A DNA stretch of 64,000 bases from Balanoglossus misakiensis (lineage: Eukaryota > Animalia > Hemichordata). The notes under the pieces are model-generated. The model saw only the letters and a list, made by a program, of their open reading frames with translations. It did not search any database and was not told where the DNA came from. Shown here one piece after another: positions 1-14,474 of the stretch. The stretch is from positions 4,664,213 to 4,728,212 of the forward strand of contig CM082589.2 in the NCBI GenBank assembly GCA_040954595.2, in the 5' to 3' direction. A program made the position numbers and the translations under genes. The first letter of the stretch is position 1. Each line of letters opens with the position of its first letter.

Positions 1-3000
1 ACAGGCACAGGTAAGACACTCTGCCTGCTTTGTGCAACCCTGGCGTGGAGAGAGGCCTTCATCGCCAACCAGCAGCTGCAGTCTCTGCAGAGATCGGCGA
101 ATGACGGTATGTTCGGTGGTGGCTTTGGCAAGGAGCTTAAAGAAGATTTGTACGGTGCTGCTAAGGGCTGGGGAGACCCTGGCGAAGAAGGTAAGTCTAA
201 TGCCCGGCCCTGGTTTGCATATGTGATGACCAAATGAATGTATTTGTATACACATTGTGTATTTTTATGTGAGTAACCATGGTCATTTCGTATTTCAACG
301 TCCAGGTCTTTTGATGGAAAAACCAAAGATAATCTATGCATCCCGAACTCATTCCCAATTGTCGCAGGCCATACAGCAACTGAAAGATACCTCATACAGG
401 TAAGATTGAATGTATATTATCTGGACAATAATGCACTCAACATATTACATACTTAAATATCAAAGAACTCTTCTGTGGGTGGGTACAAAAGTTGCTCTAC
501 CTCTCTCTACACCCCTCACCCCTCCCTCCCTCTGTCGCTGTCTTATTTTCTCGAACAGTGCAAACTGCAATGCATATATATCTAGATGCAAGTAAGTTTT
601 AGTATCAAACTGAAGTGTGTGTTCATTTAATTGCAGACCCAAAGTTTGTATAATTGGATCAAGAGAGCAGTTATGCATCCACCCGGAAGTCGCATCGCAA
701 CAAAACAACACAACTATGGTGAGTAGCACTGGGAAACAATTCTGGTGGGGTTTTACGTAAACCCATTCACTTGCATTATCTCAAACAGGTACTTTAAGTT
801 TTGGGAGGTACAAGTCTGTAGAGTAGTTAATCTGTCTCTACAGGCTTGTCATACTTTATAGATGTTACAAAGGGCGATTTCGTTGTACTAAGTTTTTTTT
901 CCCTTGTTTTGATATTCAGGTGCACATGTGCAGAGCTAAGGTTGGAGCAAGAACCTGTCATTTCTACAACAAAGTGGAAGGTCAGTTTTTGAATTGGTGT
1001 AAACACTAGAACGCATATGTTCCAGTCTAGTATCAAGTCTTGTGAAGACTAAGTATTTGGATGGTGATAATAATAGATTTCTGTTCTAGGCAATTCAGCT
1101 CATGTATGACAGAGTTAATTGTCATATGCTTAAATGTTTTCTTTACAGAGAAGAGGAACGAAAAAGATTTCACAGAAAATATATTGGATATAGAAGATCT
1201 GGTCAAGACAGGCCAGAAGCACAAGTAAGTCTGTCGAATTAATGACTGAAATTTGCTCTTTTGCATAAACCCTGTGCATCCACTCCCATATTGACATGAT
1301 ATTAGTATGATGAAGGACATCACCAACACAGATCCCTCAGTGTTTGTTTTCGAAAACATTGAGCTATGATCTCATTCATAATTCATATCTGAAAATATGC
1401 CGAGTGTAACATATTGCAAACATATCTCAGTGACTATACAATTAGAGAACAGTATGTTGAAATTACGCTGCTGTTGGTATGAAAATATTAAAATTTTGTG
1501 TATAATAAGCTTGAGCTGAATTGTGTAATTGATATGCACACCATGAGAGCCAGTGTCTGTTGCCTGGCAACCGTGTCTCTCCATCTCCGGTCTAGACGCA
1601 ATGTGTGGACGAGAAAATGTCTCCTTGAGAGGGTGTTGTGCTCCTTGAGACGAAAATCGTGTCAATCGAATATTGCGACAGAATCCGCCATAGCAATTAT
1701 CACCCGGACAGTAGAAAAGGGATTAAATTGACATGATGTAAAAAGAACATTTCACAGAGAATCACCGAAGGCCGAGTACATCGCTGTGGGAAAATAGGAC
1801 ACCTGTGTGCTGATGCACACTGAATGTTAATCTTAATAAGAAGCTCGAGACATGTAATTACCATGTCTGGTGTCAAACTAAACCAAATATTTAATATTTC
1901 CAGTTGACTGGTCAGGGGGCATTTATACCTACTGACAGAGCACAGTTAAATTTTTCCAAAGCGAGTATTTTGAAATGCAAAGGTCTGCAGTAATAAAGCA
2001 TGTATATTTGTGTCTGCAACAGGACATGTCCATACTACATGGCCAGAGAATTGAAGGCATCAGCCGATATTGTCTTCATGCCGTATAATTACCTGCTAGA
2101 CCCCAAGGTAAGATGAAGGATAAAAGAAATCTTGTCACATCAAGCAGAAATTTTAGTCATTTCCCAGTAATTACGATAAAACAATACAGTACATAATTAT
2201 TTATGGTAACATCTGTGCTGATTTCCATTGCTTGTGGTAAGTATGTCAATTTCATTAAAACAAGCACGGTATCCATGGGAACATGAATATAATAATTATG
2301 ATAAGTTTAATTCTCAGAAGCAAGGGCTGGGAACATGAATTTGTGATAGATTTACGACTTCGACGGTGACACCTGAACATGAATATTGATTTGAACAGTC
2401 ATTAAAGTTTCTAAATATCAAATTCCTTATTGATGTTGTGAGGGTTATGAGCAGAGCAAGGTGGCGAAGATTAAGATTTATTTGTATGCTGGGGACGTGT
2501 GTGCTAGTTGCTTTTTTGACCCAGTTCCATCTTGCCTGCACAGTACCTCAGATGCCTATTTATTGTGATCTGCAGAAAAACCAGGCATCACCATCGAAGT
2601 CGTAAATCTGTCACGAATTACTCGAGGCGTGCTTATTTTAGATTTTCATCGTAATGAGTTAGTATTTTATTTATCGGCGTTGGAATTAGGACGCAGAATT
2701 AGGGCACCTTTTGGGGTTCAAGGCCACGATGATCAGCACTTTTTTATGCAATTGTCGTATTTTTCTTGACAGTCCAGGAAGGCGCACGGTTTGGAACTGG
2801 GAGGCAGCATCTTGATTTTCGACGAAGCGCACAACGTCGTAAGTACAAAGTCAAGCCACAGTTGGCTGGCCAGCCATCCGTATAACACAGCTGATACGGA
2901 AGTAATTGAACTGAAATTACGGAATAAAATTAGAGGACAGAGTGACACTGATCATCTATTTACTTACTGTATCAAAAGTTTTTCATTATTTGGAATGAAT

Positions 3001-6000
3001 CTGATACTGACATGCATTTGATTAAAGGGACAAAGGAGTCATACTTTAGCAAAAATTTAAGGCACACATGCACTGAATGTTTAGGCAATCCTAGAATGTA
3101 TATATTCAATACTGGGAAAGTCAGAAAGGAAAATTTCATTGCCTTTGTTTGCATAAGAATCTTAAGATTGGAAATTTAAAAAAAAATCATTTTTACATAC
3201 AATTTCTGCAGAAAATGCTAGAATACTATTATTTCTGTCAAAATTTGCACAACCAATATTTAAAACTCAAAATTATCCTTTCTTTTGACTCCAGGAGAAA
3301 ATGTGTGAAGAGAGTGTGTCGTTTGACTTCACATCCTATGACATGGCGTCTTGTATCAGCGAGACAAGTAAACTGCTGGAGTCTACTGTAAAGGTTGATA
3401 ATCTGAATCAACAATTCAATACTGAATCATCTGGTGAGTTATTATGATAATTATATGCAAATCAGAGCAAATATCTAATGAGAATGGCAGATTTTGTGAA
3501 TGAAGCAGTGTCTGTATCTGAAGTTTTCAGAAAGATCTTCGTAGTATTAAAGCAATGGATGAAATGCCGTACATATTTGCTACATTTTACCTCAGCACAG
3601 CCATCGTGTATACTTGATTTCATGGACCCATAAACCCCACAGTCATCAGTGAAATTCACTCTTTCCTGTACCTTTATAGCCTCAGAAGACATTAATGACT
3701 ACAGGTTGAAAAAACATGGCTTTATTGCTTGTCTAAATTGGAATACATGCGCATCTGATTAGTTTGCAAAGGGTCAACTACATGGTCAGAATCACTGAGT
3801 GTTACTGCATGCACTCGCACTAAACTGATCTACTTATTTCAGAAGCAATGATTTATTTCTTTGTTTTTCAGTCAGTGATTTTGACAGTGGAGAGCTCTGT
3901 CAACTGAAAGGTAAACTTTTGTTTTTAGCACCGACTGGTTATGTGTATAGGCAGTACTGGGATTAGCCAGTGTCTACTGTGTGTTTATATGTTTGTCTGT
4001 GTCATCATCACCATCATTTATTTCTTTTAAATGCATTGCTATTTTTCATGAAATGTCCATTAAATTTAGATACAAACAAGGCACATGATAAATTTTTCCT
4101 ACAAATAACTTATCTGTAACTTTCTCATTATCAGATTTTCTTTGTCTTTTCCAGCATTATTCCTTATCTTGGAAGAGGCTATCGATTCCATTCCATTATC
4201 CTCAGGTGGTAATGGTATCACCAAGTCGGGCAGGTAAGGAACTGGAGAAACGTTTCTGCCGAGTTTTCTGGAGAGCGTCATTCCATCTTGTGAAATTTCA
4301 CTGTCAATGAAACGTTAATGGGTAAACATAATTTGTACCTTGTAAAAGGGAAGGCGATATCACAGTGGTAGCTGTTTCCTTCAGGGAAGCTACAGTAATG
4401 GAACTTTGAATCAACTGTGTCACCCGCCTTTCAAAGTGAAAATTGAGTACTTCAGTTTACAATTTGCAGCTTTAGAGCAAAGTAGCAAACATGCAGAACT
4501 ACACAAAGTCGAGCGAATGCTTAGATGTATCGGTTGATTGACACGATGCAAAGGGTTACAAAGAGAGAGAGAGATCTTGCCCTCATAGTCTGTGGGCTTT
4601 ATTGGGTTTTTGAATAACCCTGTACGATCACAGTGCGTTTAACGAGATTGCTGCAGTTTGATACGTGTCTTAGTATTGTGCAAGTCTACTGAATGAAGTC
4701 ACTGCTATACTCTTTCAGTTTCATCTACGAGTTGCTTGAATTGGCTAAGATAAACTTTGAGACGTACACCCAGGCCTTGGATCTCCTGGAGAAGATTGTC
4801 TCCCATTTGACCAACGGTAAGTGCGATCATGCAGAGTTCTAGGCTATGGTCTAGTGAGTCCTTACCAAACCCTGAACTTTTGTAGCAATGCATTCAGCAA
4901 CATAACCCAATTCACCAGCAATATACAGCTATTGATCACCAATCATTATGCTCGTACCAGGTATATACAGCTTGTAACACTAGTATATGGGAAACATCTG
5001 ACTTCTCATCTTTCCATTTCAGTATAAAAAGTTGGTATATTCTTTTACACTTTGTTCCAGGTCCATCAGGGGTGTTTAGCAAGACAAACGGCCTCCAGAA
5101 ATTTTCAGACATTTTGAAAGTATGTTTTAATTGGTTCATAACTCTTTGAGTATTATATTTAAAATGATACAAAAATATTAAAAGTTAATGTGAAAAAATG
5201 TAACAATCATTAGAAACAGTAAAAGTGATCATGGTTTGATGGAGGACATGAATAATTAGACAGGAGGCTCAGCCAATCAGATGCTTGTGGTCTTAGGGTC
5301 TTAAGGTCATGCCTTGGGGTCATTACCATCACCCTCATTTGTATTCATATTCTGATGGATTCACTAGTAGATAACCCAAGCACACATTAAATGCATTCAC
5401 AATATTTGGCTTGAAAAAATATTGTGAACATCATTGAAGTAAAAAAAAAACTACATTTATTTTTGGGAATGTCAACACTGAGAAAAAGTGGCATTTGAAC
5501 CAGCGCTTTTGAATTTGTTGGAAACAATGTAGCAACAGATGCAGATTAACAGCCACCATGCTGATGTCCTTCAGAGCACAGTCATGTAAAAGCGTCACTT
5601 TATTCACAGTCCACTGTCCAACAGGTACACTGTCCTTGTTGACTTCAATAGTGACGCTCAGACTGGTTGCATGTGCAAGGTCAAGAGCAACAGGCTGTGT
5701 TGTCCTTGTTGACTTTGATAGTGACACGCAGACTGACTGAAGGTCAAGTCCAGCCGGCCGTGTTGTGTTTATATTCCTGGGATAATTGTGTGATGTCATG
5801 CGACCTTCAACTTCAGTAATTCATTCAGATCCAGCGCTGTAAACAAATTGCTTGCTGGGAAAAAGAATGACAAACAAATTGGGGGGTCAACAAAGGTCAT
5901 GGTCTGAAAAGTGCTTTAGAGTGAAATGCATGTTTGTCACTCAATTTTAGAGCTATCATATCACCAACACTTTTAAAGAAACAACTTGGATTTGATTTGT

Positions 6001-9000
6001 TTTATTGCCCTAAGTGATCTCGAAAACAGTGTTCATTACTTTCAATCAGATCATGTTACAATCAGAAACCCAATTAATCTTTTCAAGTGCAGTACAGAAA
6101 CATACTAGCACACAAATTTGTCAAACAAAGTGATGCTCTCAGAATAAAGCTGGGGAACCTCTTGCATTGATTTCAGGGATTAAGGTTGTACAAGCCTTAG
6201 GGCAGATTTTCAGAAAAATGATAGTCCTGCCAAACCTTTCAGTTTTTGCTGATAGTCTTCTTGAAATCATGTGATTGGCTATATATTTCCATTTCCATGG
6301 CAACTGTGGCTACTTTGTAGAGGTGACTGTATACCTTTAATATTGTCATCGTCTTCTCCACAGATTGTCTTCAGTAGTGATAGCACAAAAGGAGCGGCTG
6401 GACAGATGGCAATGATGAGCAAGTACTACAAAGTAAGCCAAGATCTGTCAAAATTAAAAATGAAAATTTGAGAGGTTATGTGCCTCAGGGACAGATTTTC
6501 AATCCTCCTTCATGCTGCAATATTTGCATAGGTTTCTTATCATTTCTATATCTGACGTACTATGCCATGAGGTTTGATACAAAATGCATACAGTATTGGC
6601 TATGAGCCGTAGCCATACGCCAGTGTAATATGTTTCCTCTTCCATTTTATGACTGTCATTTGACGGAGACATGCTGTCCAAGCCCATGAATCTTCAGATT
6701 CACAAGCGATGATAGTACATGTATGTCATCCACCATGGGTGTAATCTCAGATAATATGCATTCTAGATTTACAGGCGACTGTGCGTATTTCGTATTACCC
6801 ACAGGTACACATACATGTGGAGGATTTCAATAAGAAGAAGCAGAGGACAGATCTCTGGACATCAAATGCCAAATCGGAAAAGTCAGGTACATGGCGGTGT
6901 TAGAAAGGATCATACGTCTTCAAAACAGGCAGTGTTTGGAAACAGCTTATTGCTTTCCAGACAAATCCCTCGTCGACTGTTGTCATGGTGATACCTGAAG
7001 GCCATAGACTGGCCAATTTTTTTCTGGAAAGCCCAGCCCTGGGTTAATGTGATGAAGACATAACTCCCCCTTCTAAAAATTTGATAATGCCAAGATAGTG
7101 TTAACACAAAGAAGTTGGATCAGTAGGGAGCTAGCCCTAGAGAACAAATTCAATAAATTTTGTAGAGGTATATGTGTCTAGCCCCGCCAATTGAATCCAA
7201 CAGTTTTCACTTCTGTCTGCTTCAAATCATCTGCATTTCCTCCCTGTTGTTTGTTTTTTTCCCAGGTAAAACGCTTAGTTGCTGGTGCTTCTGTCCTGGG
7301 TTCACGATGCGTGACTTGGCCGGCCAAGATGTCCGCAGCATCGTTCTGACAAGTGGTACGCTCTCGCCGTTGGAGTCCTTCACATCAGAAATGCAAATGT
7401 AAGTCCAAAGCCACAGCCTGCAGTGGCAGTCATCCAAGCCCTCCACGTAGCCAGCAAACTGACATGTGCACGGTCTTACTTTTGGCATGTGTATTTTTTG
7501 CTTGACAGAAAATTCCCAATCAAGTTGGAAAATCCCCATGTAATCGAAAAGCATCAGATGCTGGTTGGCATAGTAACCAAAGGACCAGATGGAACAGCTC
7601 TCAACTCGTCCTACGAGAATAGATTTTCACCGGACTACATGCAGTCGCTGGGAAACTCAATAGGTCAGTACTGATTGAAGCCCCAACAGCTGTGACTGTT
7701 GGATTTATTCCCTAGGAGTTTGGTGGGTATTCCGGGAATTACAGGTAGCGTTTCAGATTGATTAAGCACCATTTTTCCCCTTCAGTATAGTGTACCACTA
7801 GAGGGCGTTACACAAAACATTAAAATAAAAAGCATATCATGTAAATGTGCTCAGGAGAGCAGCTGGGAACATACAAGTAAACAAATGTTAAATTAATTGA
7901 AACAATTTCCTTGATGATTTCCATTTGCAGTGAACTATTCCAGGATCGTTCCCAATGGTCTTCTGATCTTCTTCCCATCCTATCCGGTCATGAACAAGTG
8001 CATAGAAGTTTGGCAGGTACAGTTTCTTCTAAACCTGGTCAACCCATGAACATTTTCTGATGGCTTTATGTGATGACAATTATTTAAAGAGTGCTAGATA
8101 TTGTAGTGAAAATGTTAAATCTTCACTGGTAAAGTGGATCAACATTCCTCCATCTCAAAAAAAACAGACCCCCCCCCCTGCATTCAATTTACAGTTTAGT
8201 TCAACCAAACACTATCAACAGCAAATTTTCTTCATGTCACCAAATACAGCAAACGGGCATTTCAAGTCGAATATCTCAGTACAAGCAGATGTTTGTCGAA
8301 CCGAGGAACAAGATAGAGTTTAATGAGGTAGGTGAATATACCCCATTTTGCAATGGCTGGGCCAGTCGACGTAATTCACTGAGACAGACAGACACACCAG
8401 AGACCCTCCTATTAGAATTCACCAGACATATCGCGAGATATTGGTGTTGAGTAATTGTCTGCAATGCCAGATGGTTTCATCGCTCGTAGTAGACACTGAG
8501 GTAATTGGAAAATTGAAGTATTATCTATCACAATGTTCAGCTTTCTTGAAATTTCTAGTGGACTCTTGGGGTGTAATCGACGTGTTGTGTATATAATGCT
8601 GCAGTCAGTGTGATGTCTGTATGTAAGGTAAAATAGTACTGTTTCCTTATTTTCAGGCAATGGAGGAATTCTATCTGAAGGTCAATGACCCAAACCTGAA
8701 CGGCGCTGCTTTCTTTGCGGTGTGCAGGGGAAAGGTGAGAGGTCATAGGTCACAGAAGTGACTTGCATGCGTGAGTCATAGGATGATCATGAATACCCAG
8801 TTTGATGATTCTAAAAATTATTTGTTAGAGTTCAGCATAGTCATATACTGAACACAGCGTATACACAGGCAAACCTTATCCAGAATTTGTGTGCAATGGT
8901 ATACCTGCAAAAGCTGTACTGCATAAATATCTTAAAGTTACAGTTAGCGGACATTTAATTTCAGGTTTCTGAAGGTTTGGACTTCGCTGACAATAACGGT

Positions 9001-12000
9001 CGTGCAGTTGTCATAACAGGCTTGCCGTTCCCTCCCAGAATGGATGCCAAAGTCAATCTGAAAATGAGATACTTGGACGAGGCCAAATCTATACCACCCA
9101 AGCAGGTTAGTTTGAAATAACAAGCATACAGGGTTGAAACAGTAAAATGCATGTATACAGGGTTTGTATCGAAATGTATGTGGATACAGGCTTGATATAG
9201 CTAAATACATGATTGTAAGGTATTGGATTTTCTGTGTTGCTGTGTAGGGTCTGACAGGAAGGCAGTGGTATCGGCAGCAGGCATCAAGGGCTGTCAATCA
9301 AGCTATTGGTCGAGTCATCCGACACAAAGAAGACTATGGTGCAATCATTCTTTGTGATAACAGGTATTTCTTACAGAGTGAATACATAGATGTTACAAAA
9401 TGTGAAAATTCAAATTATTATAGTGGTTAAGTTGGTAGACAGACACTGAAAGAATATATATACAATAAACTGACGGAATCTTAAACAGCCAAGTCTACAT
9501 ATGTTATTAAAGGAGTTCAGTTTGTGACGTGATTTGTCCTGTCTGATTTAGACTTCTTCACTTTATAGACTGTGATTTCCAAATTTGGCATAATGTCTTG
9601 CAGGTTTACGTATTCAGATGCCAGGGCCCAGTTACCATCCTGGGTCAGGCCTTATGTCAAGACCTACAACAACTTCGGCCTGGTGATGAGGGACATGATA
9701 CATTTCTTCAAAACTACTGGGAAAATGGTGAGAAATCTTTATAAATATGACCTATTCTGCTCTTTCTAAAATACTGAAAATTCTGCTGCCTTTGAGATGC
9801 ATACACCAGATTTGAAAAGATTAATTGTGGTACCACATTAAACTTCTTCAGAATGAGGACACCATTTTATTTAGCTTGATGTTTTATACCTGGTGACTCT
9901 CTTTATTTTCAGATGCCAAAACCAATGATAAAACCCAAGGTGACACACTCGACCACTGACTTCAAGGTGCCGGCGACAAGGTCAAGTTCGGCCACCAGTG
10001 CTGGGGCGTCGTTTTCCACCACCACTACATACAGTACCAGAGGCAGAACAGTATCGCACCAAGCCAGTTTGGTGGAATCTCATGTTCCAAGTCTCAGACG
10101 ACCGGACAGTGAGTCTTTATCTAGTTTTAAGCTGAGAAGAAAAAAATGGGGGGGGGGGGGGGGGGGGGGGTCACAATGCTTGGCCATGTCAAATATTATT
10201 TTAGTCTCACCATCTGTATCTGTGCTTTCTAGAATCTGTTCCTGAAGCCAAGTTGAAGGTGATGTATGAAACGTCCACATCATCCAAATCAAGTTCAAGG
10301 TTCACAGGATTACTGGATGCGTTAGATGACCATGAAGTGAGTAATGGCTCTATTTTCAGTATTTTTATTATGTGTACAAATGCATTTTCTTGTTCTACTC
10401 CATACAGCATGCTAATATACCCAGTATTGCCTGTGATTGTTTAAACTACATTGAGCTTGCTAATTGTAGTGCCTATGATTTTCATATCCACTTGTTTTGT
10501 ATTTATTACTAGCAGAGGAAAGGAACAGAGGATGATGATTACAATGGAGTAAACACAGGCGAGGTAGATTTTCTTCTCTTGAATTTGTAGACATTGGGTA
10601 TGTAAAATTTTGAGCAATTAGCATTGGCGGTTGTGGATCTTTCAAAATGAAAATTCTTCGTGCCCTGTGAGATGCACTATTAAGTGTTTCATTTTAAGGT
10701 GTGGGGTTGTGTGATGTGTTTTGCCAAGCAAGGCCTCAGCACTGCCTGTCAGACATTAATGGCATCTGGACAGTCCCTCCCTAGGACATTTCCCATACAC
10801 AAGTGAGGGCTTGGGTCGGGGATAGAGTCTGGTGGGTTAACGTCCAGGGGGTAACCGTTCTAGTACCATGGGAAGGATGCAAGATCCTAGCCCCATGATA
10901 CTATAACAGTTATCCCCTGATAATGGAAGCCTGTCCCCTTCCATCTTGGCGCAGACTTCAAGATACGATGCCACAATGCAGAAGAGACTGGAAGAACAAA
11001 AGAAGAAAGCCATGCAGAAAAGGAAGATTGTTCTTGTAAAAGTAAGCAGACACAGCAGTTTTGGACCTGAGGCCCAAATTGTATTTTTCTGCAAACGTCA
11101 AATTTTGCATAGTTCTTGCAGGACCTTCTCTCAGCTTCATTAATTGTTTTGTAGATGAAAATATGTCCTTTTAAAATATCCAAAATATTTGTGTGCATCA
11201 CAAGTTTCGATTTCTCGCCTAATTATCCTCTCTATTTGCCAACAATGCAGCCTACGGTGAGATCAAACCCCTTGAATCTTGGTGGCCCGGGATCGAGTTC
11301 TGGACAGAGCAGAGCGCCCCCAAGAGTTGACGGTTACAGACAGACATGGACAGCGGAACAGGAGCCCATGGCAGAGTCTTGCTTAGTGTCTGCCAGGGAA
11401 AGCATTACAAAGGTCAGAAATGAAAACATCTCCATTAACCCTTTCACCCCCAGTTCCCTCTTTAGTGGCCCAACCCTACCATAGAAAACCCTAACCCTAA
11501 CCCTGAACCAATTGGGGCGTCTTGTACACACATGCTCATTTGCCTCTACATGATTCTGGTAAATATCACAGTTCCTTTTATTGACAGGTTAGAGAGGTTC
11601 TCTCTCATGACAGATTTGGAAAATTCTGCGCACTTTTAAAAGAGTACAAGAAGGTAAGAAACCCCCTCACTTCAGCTGACGTGTCACGATCAAACTAACC
11701 ATGTTGGTCTTGTTATGCCACCATACCATATTTGTATTGCAAGGAGGATGTTTAATAGTATAACCTGTCTATATTTAAGGGGATCAACATTTCATTTCTG
11801 CGGGAGGAAGTAGTTTGACATGTTCTTTTCCTTGAATTTCTTGATTATCTTGTTTCAGGATATGGAATTTGCTACTCTAGTTGCTGGGCTGGCGGACCTC
11901 TTCATTGAAGATCCATCAATGCACTATCTTTTCCGAAGTAAGCAAAGCCAACTTTTACCTAAGATTAAATTTTTAGGTCCCATTTGGTTTATGTATATAT

Positions 12001-12006
12001 ACCATG

Positions 12007-12038
<32 letters not shown>

Positions 12039-12167
12039 TGTATGTATGTATGTATGTATGTATGTATGTATGTATGTATGTATGTATGTATGAATTATGA
12101 ATGTATGTATGTATGTATGAATTTATGAATGTATGTATAAATGTATGTATGTATGTTTGTATGTATG

Positions 12168-12201
<34 letters not shown>

Positions 12202-14474
12202 TGTATGTATGTATGTATGTATGTATGTATGTATGTATGTATGTATGTATGTATGTGTGTATGTATGTATGTATGAATGTATGTATGTATGTATGTATGT
12301 ATGTATGTATGTATGTATGTATGTATGTATGTATGTATGTTTAAACTGACGTTTTGTTGGCTGCAGGTTTTTACAAGTTTATAAGACCATGTCACAAGAA
12401 AGAGTATGACGAAGTGTGCAGCAATCTAACAGGAATGGGGTGTGGTTACAAGCCGGAGGACAGCCTTCCGCGAGATGTATTAAAGAAGGTCAAAGATCAG
12501 GGATCAATCGGTAAAAATGCCATGTTTGACTATTTTTAAATCATTCTTCCTCAAAGAAATCTCTTGGATTTCTCACAATATTGGTTGTATATACACGTAC
12601 AGCAAGGTTGTCATGGAATTGCAGTGTCAAGCTTTTACCAAAACATTTCAATGGTTACAAAAAAACTTGTTTGTAGGTCAATCTGAAAAGAGAAAGAGAG
12701 AGGTGGACAGTGTTCAAGACGGAAGACCAGTGAAAATACCGATGCTGTCAGATTCTGTGAGTACTTCTTGAATTTTTGGCCTAATTTTGGCTGAAATCTA
12801 TCCAGCACGTTGCATCAAAGACGTACACGTATGGTCCTCATCCACACATGGCTGCATTAGGATAATAACCCTGTATTGTCTCCATTTCAGAATCCAGTTT
12901 CTTCATCTGCTCCACTTGGGTCGAAAAGCAAACATTTAGATACGACCACTCACCTGAATCAAGGGAAGACATCTCACAAGGGTTGTGCACAGTCCAATCC
13001 TGCAGGTGCTCTCGGCACAGCAGTTGCGGCGGACAACACGGCCCAAAGAAAGGGGAGACCTCAAGAAGAGAAAAGGATGACCAGTGCGAAGAACGATATA
13101 AGGAGTTATGGTAAAGTGTCATCTGCTTCTGCTGTCCACGGCAATGCATACTCAAAGCGTGAAGGTAGTACGCGTATTGCTGGCAGAAGTGAAGTTGACG
13201 ACAATGATCAGCGTGGGAAAAGTGGTGGAAAACCTGCTTCTTTGTCGTCACTTTCAAAACAGAGCAAGGCCCAAAAGACGGATCCACAAGCGAAGTCCGA
13301 CTCGTACTGGGAAAAGAAAGTAGGAAAGGACAGCATCGCGTCGCAGGCATCTCCAATGTCGATCAGCGTCACTGAAGAATCGGAGGCTGGCGAGTTCAAC
13401 GCTAGCCTCAGTCTCTTCAGCGGCGAATCCTCCGCTCTTGACACCTCGATAGACTCAGTGTCGGGCACGGACGGAAGCTCGGAGGGGAAGAAGAAGAAGA
13501 AAAAGAAACGCAAGAGGTCAAGAGTGGAGGAGAGTCCCTCTTGCACTGAGAGAAGTGGCGAAAGCAAAGACAAGATAAAGAGTGGCTCATCTTCATGCCA
13601 TGGAAAGCTAAAGGGAAAATACAAAACACAGAAGGATGGTACTGACAGAGACCCAGCATTATCAGAGGCTAAATCGTCTCACACAGGAAGCACTGAAGAC
13701 AAATCAGAGACTGTCAATCTTGACAGTTTCCCCTCCTCATCATCATTACCACCACCACAGACTAGTGTTTGTCAAGGCTCAGAAGCCGGGGGTGAGGCGT
13801 CGACTTCAAAAGAAAAGGAAAACTTGCATGGAGCTGGCTCAGATGATGATATCTGGGATTCTGTCAGTAGGAAGACACTGGAATCAGTCCAAGATGGCCA
13901 GCTGTTCAAGAAACATGTCACAATGTTCAGAACCAAAGGAGGTGAGATGAATGATATGTTCACATGACATAGTTTATTTATCAGTGTCCTATTCCTCTTG
14001 ACGGTGGAAAGAGTAATATTGTGACTGTCTTTTTAAATATTGATGTTATTTATTTCTGCAGGACTTACTTGTGGCATCTGCAAACAAGAAGCAATACAGC
14101 CATTCAAAGCCAAGTGTCAGCACATCTGTTGCAAGGAATGCTGGCCTAAATACATAAAGGTGGGTAGTCATTGCTGATGAAAATATTTGATCTACTATGC
14201 AACAAGGATATTCCATCTGTTCAAAGGAATTAGCTGGTATCCATGTGTTGCAGACTCAATGCTTCATGGGCTACGTTGTTTCAGTTACTTAGTTTCAGCT
14301 CGTATCTTAATTTGATCTGCTTGAAAAAAAAATGCGTTACTATCTTTTTTCAATTCACAGGAACACAAGAAATGTCCCCAATGTGGCCAGCCTACAAAGA
14401 GAAGACATCTAGAGAGAGTATATTTTCCACATGGACACAGTCAGAGACTTTCTAACAAGCCATCAACTACTTAA
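1..14474 (+). CDS. RTEL1: Regulator of telomere elongation helicase 1 (XPD-family Fe-S helicase), multi-exon, 5'-truncated by the window edge
   Basis: Frame 1 begins [16 protein letters not shown] (Walker A). Later exons encode [11 protein letters not shown] (306-399), GSREQLC (637-718), [15 protein letters not shown] (2023-2107), IFDEAHNV (2773-2838), [11 protein letters not shown] (7266-7398), FFPSY (7931-8015), [15 protein letters not shown] (8657-9105) and QAIGRVIRH (9248-9363). A harmonin-N-like segment follows (11588-12510, [10 protein letters not shown]), then a large low-complexity exon 12891-13941 and RING exons 14062-14159 and 14361-14474 (TAA). The junctions I checked are GT-AG with consistent phase. 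Confidence 0.95.
2338..2619. mobile_element. MITE-like element with 38-bp imperfect terminal inverted repeats in an RTEL1 intron
   Basis: 2338-2375 AATTTGTGATAGATTTACGACTTCGACGGTGACACCTG matches the reverse complement of 2582-2619 at 33/38 positions. No coding capacity and no clear TSD. Confidence 0.6.
11435..11510 (+). mobile_element. Truncated copy of the ~95-bp TTAA-CCCT (piggyBac-like) MITE family
   Basis: Starts TTAACCCTTTCACCCCCAGTTCCCTCTT, essentially the same as the end of the copy at 56043. Confidence 0.55.
12004..12340. repeat. (TATG)n tetranucleotide microsatellite, ~335 bp, intronic
   Basis: Directly visible. It fills most of RTEL1 intron 11938-12366 and explains the spurious MYVC/HTYI ORFs. 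Confidence 0.98.

Noticed and set aside
1440-1850. CpG-richer intronic patch, and similar patches at ~5430-5900 and ~28400-29500, that look like transposon remnants
   Set aside because: I could not define termini, TSDs or a second copy in the window.
10147-10170. Poly-G run (G-quadruplex potential) in an RTEL1 intron, and a poly-C run at ~60612-60630
   Set aside because: Simple homopolymers of unreliable length, with no evidence of function.
11487-11506. (CCCTAA)n telomere-like repeats inside an RTEL1 intron
   Set aside because: Only 2-3 units, embedded in a degraded MITE copy. Too short to call an interstitial telomere, and the link to RTEL1 function is probably coincidental.
11938-12395. 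ORFs with MYVC/HTYI repeats
   Set aside because: Translations of the (TATG)n microsatellite inside an intron.
12876-13967. 363-aa ORF as a stand-alone gene
   Set aside because: It starts at TTG, and an acceptor (12890) and donor (13942) join it in phase to the flanking RTEL1 exons.
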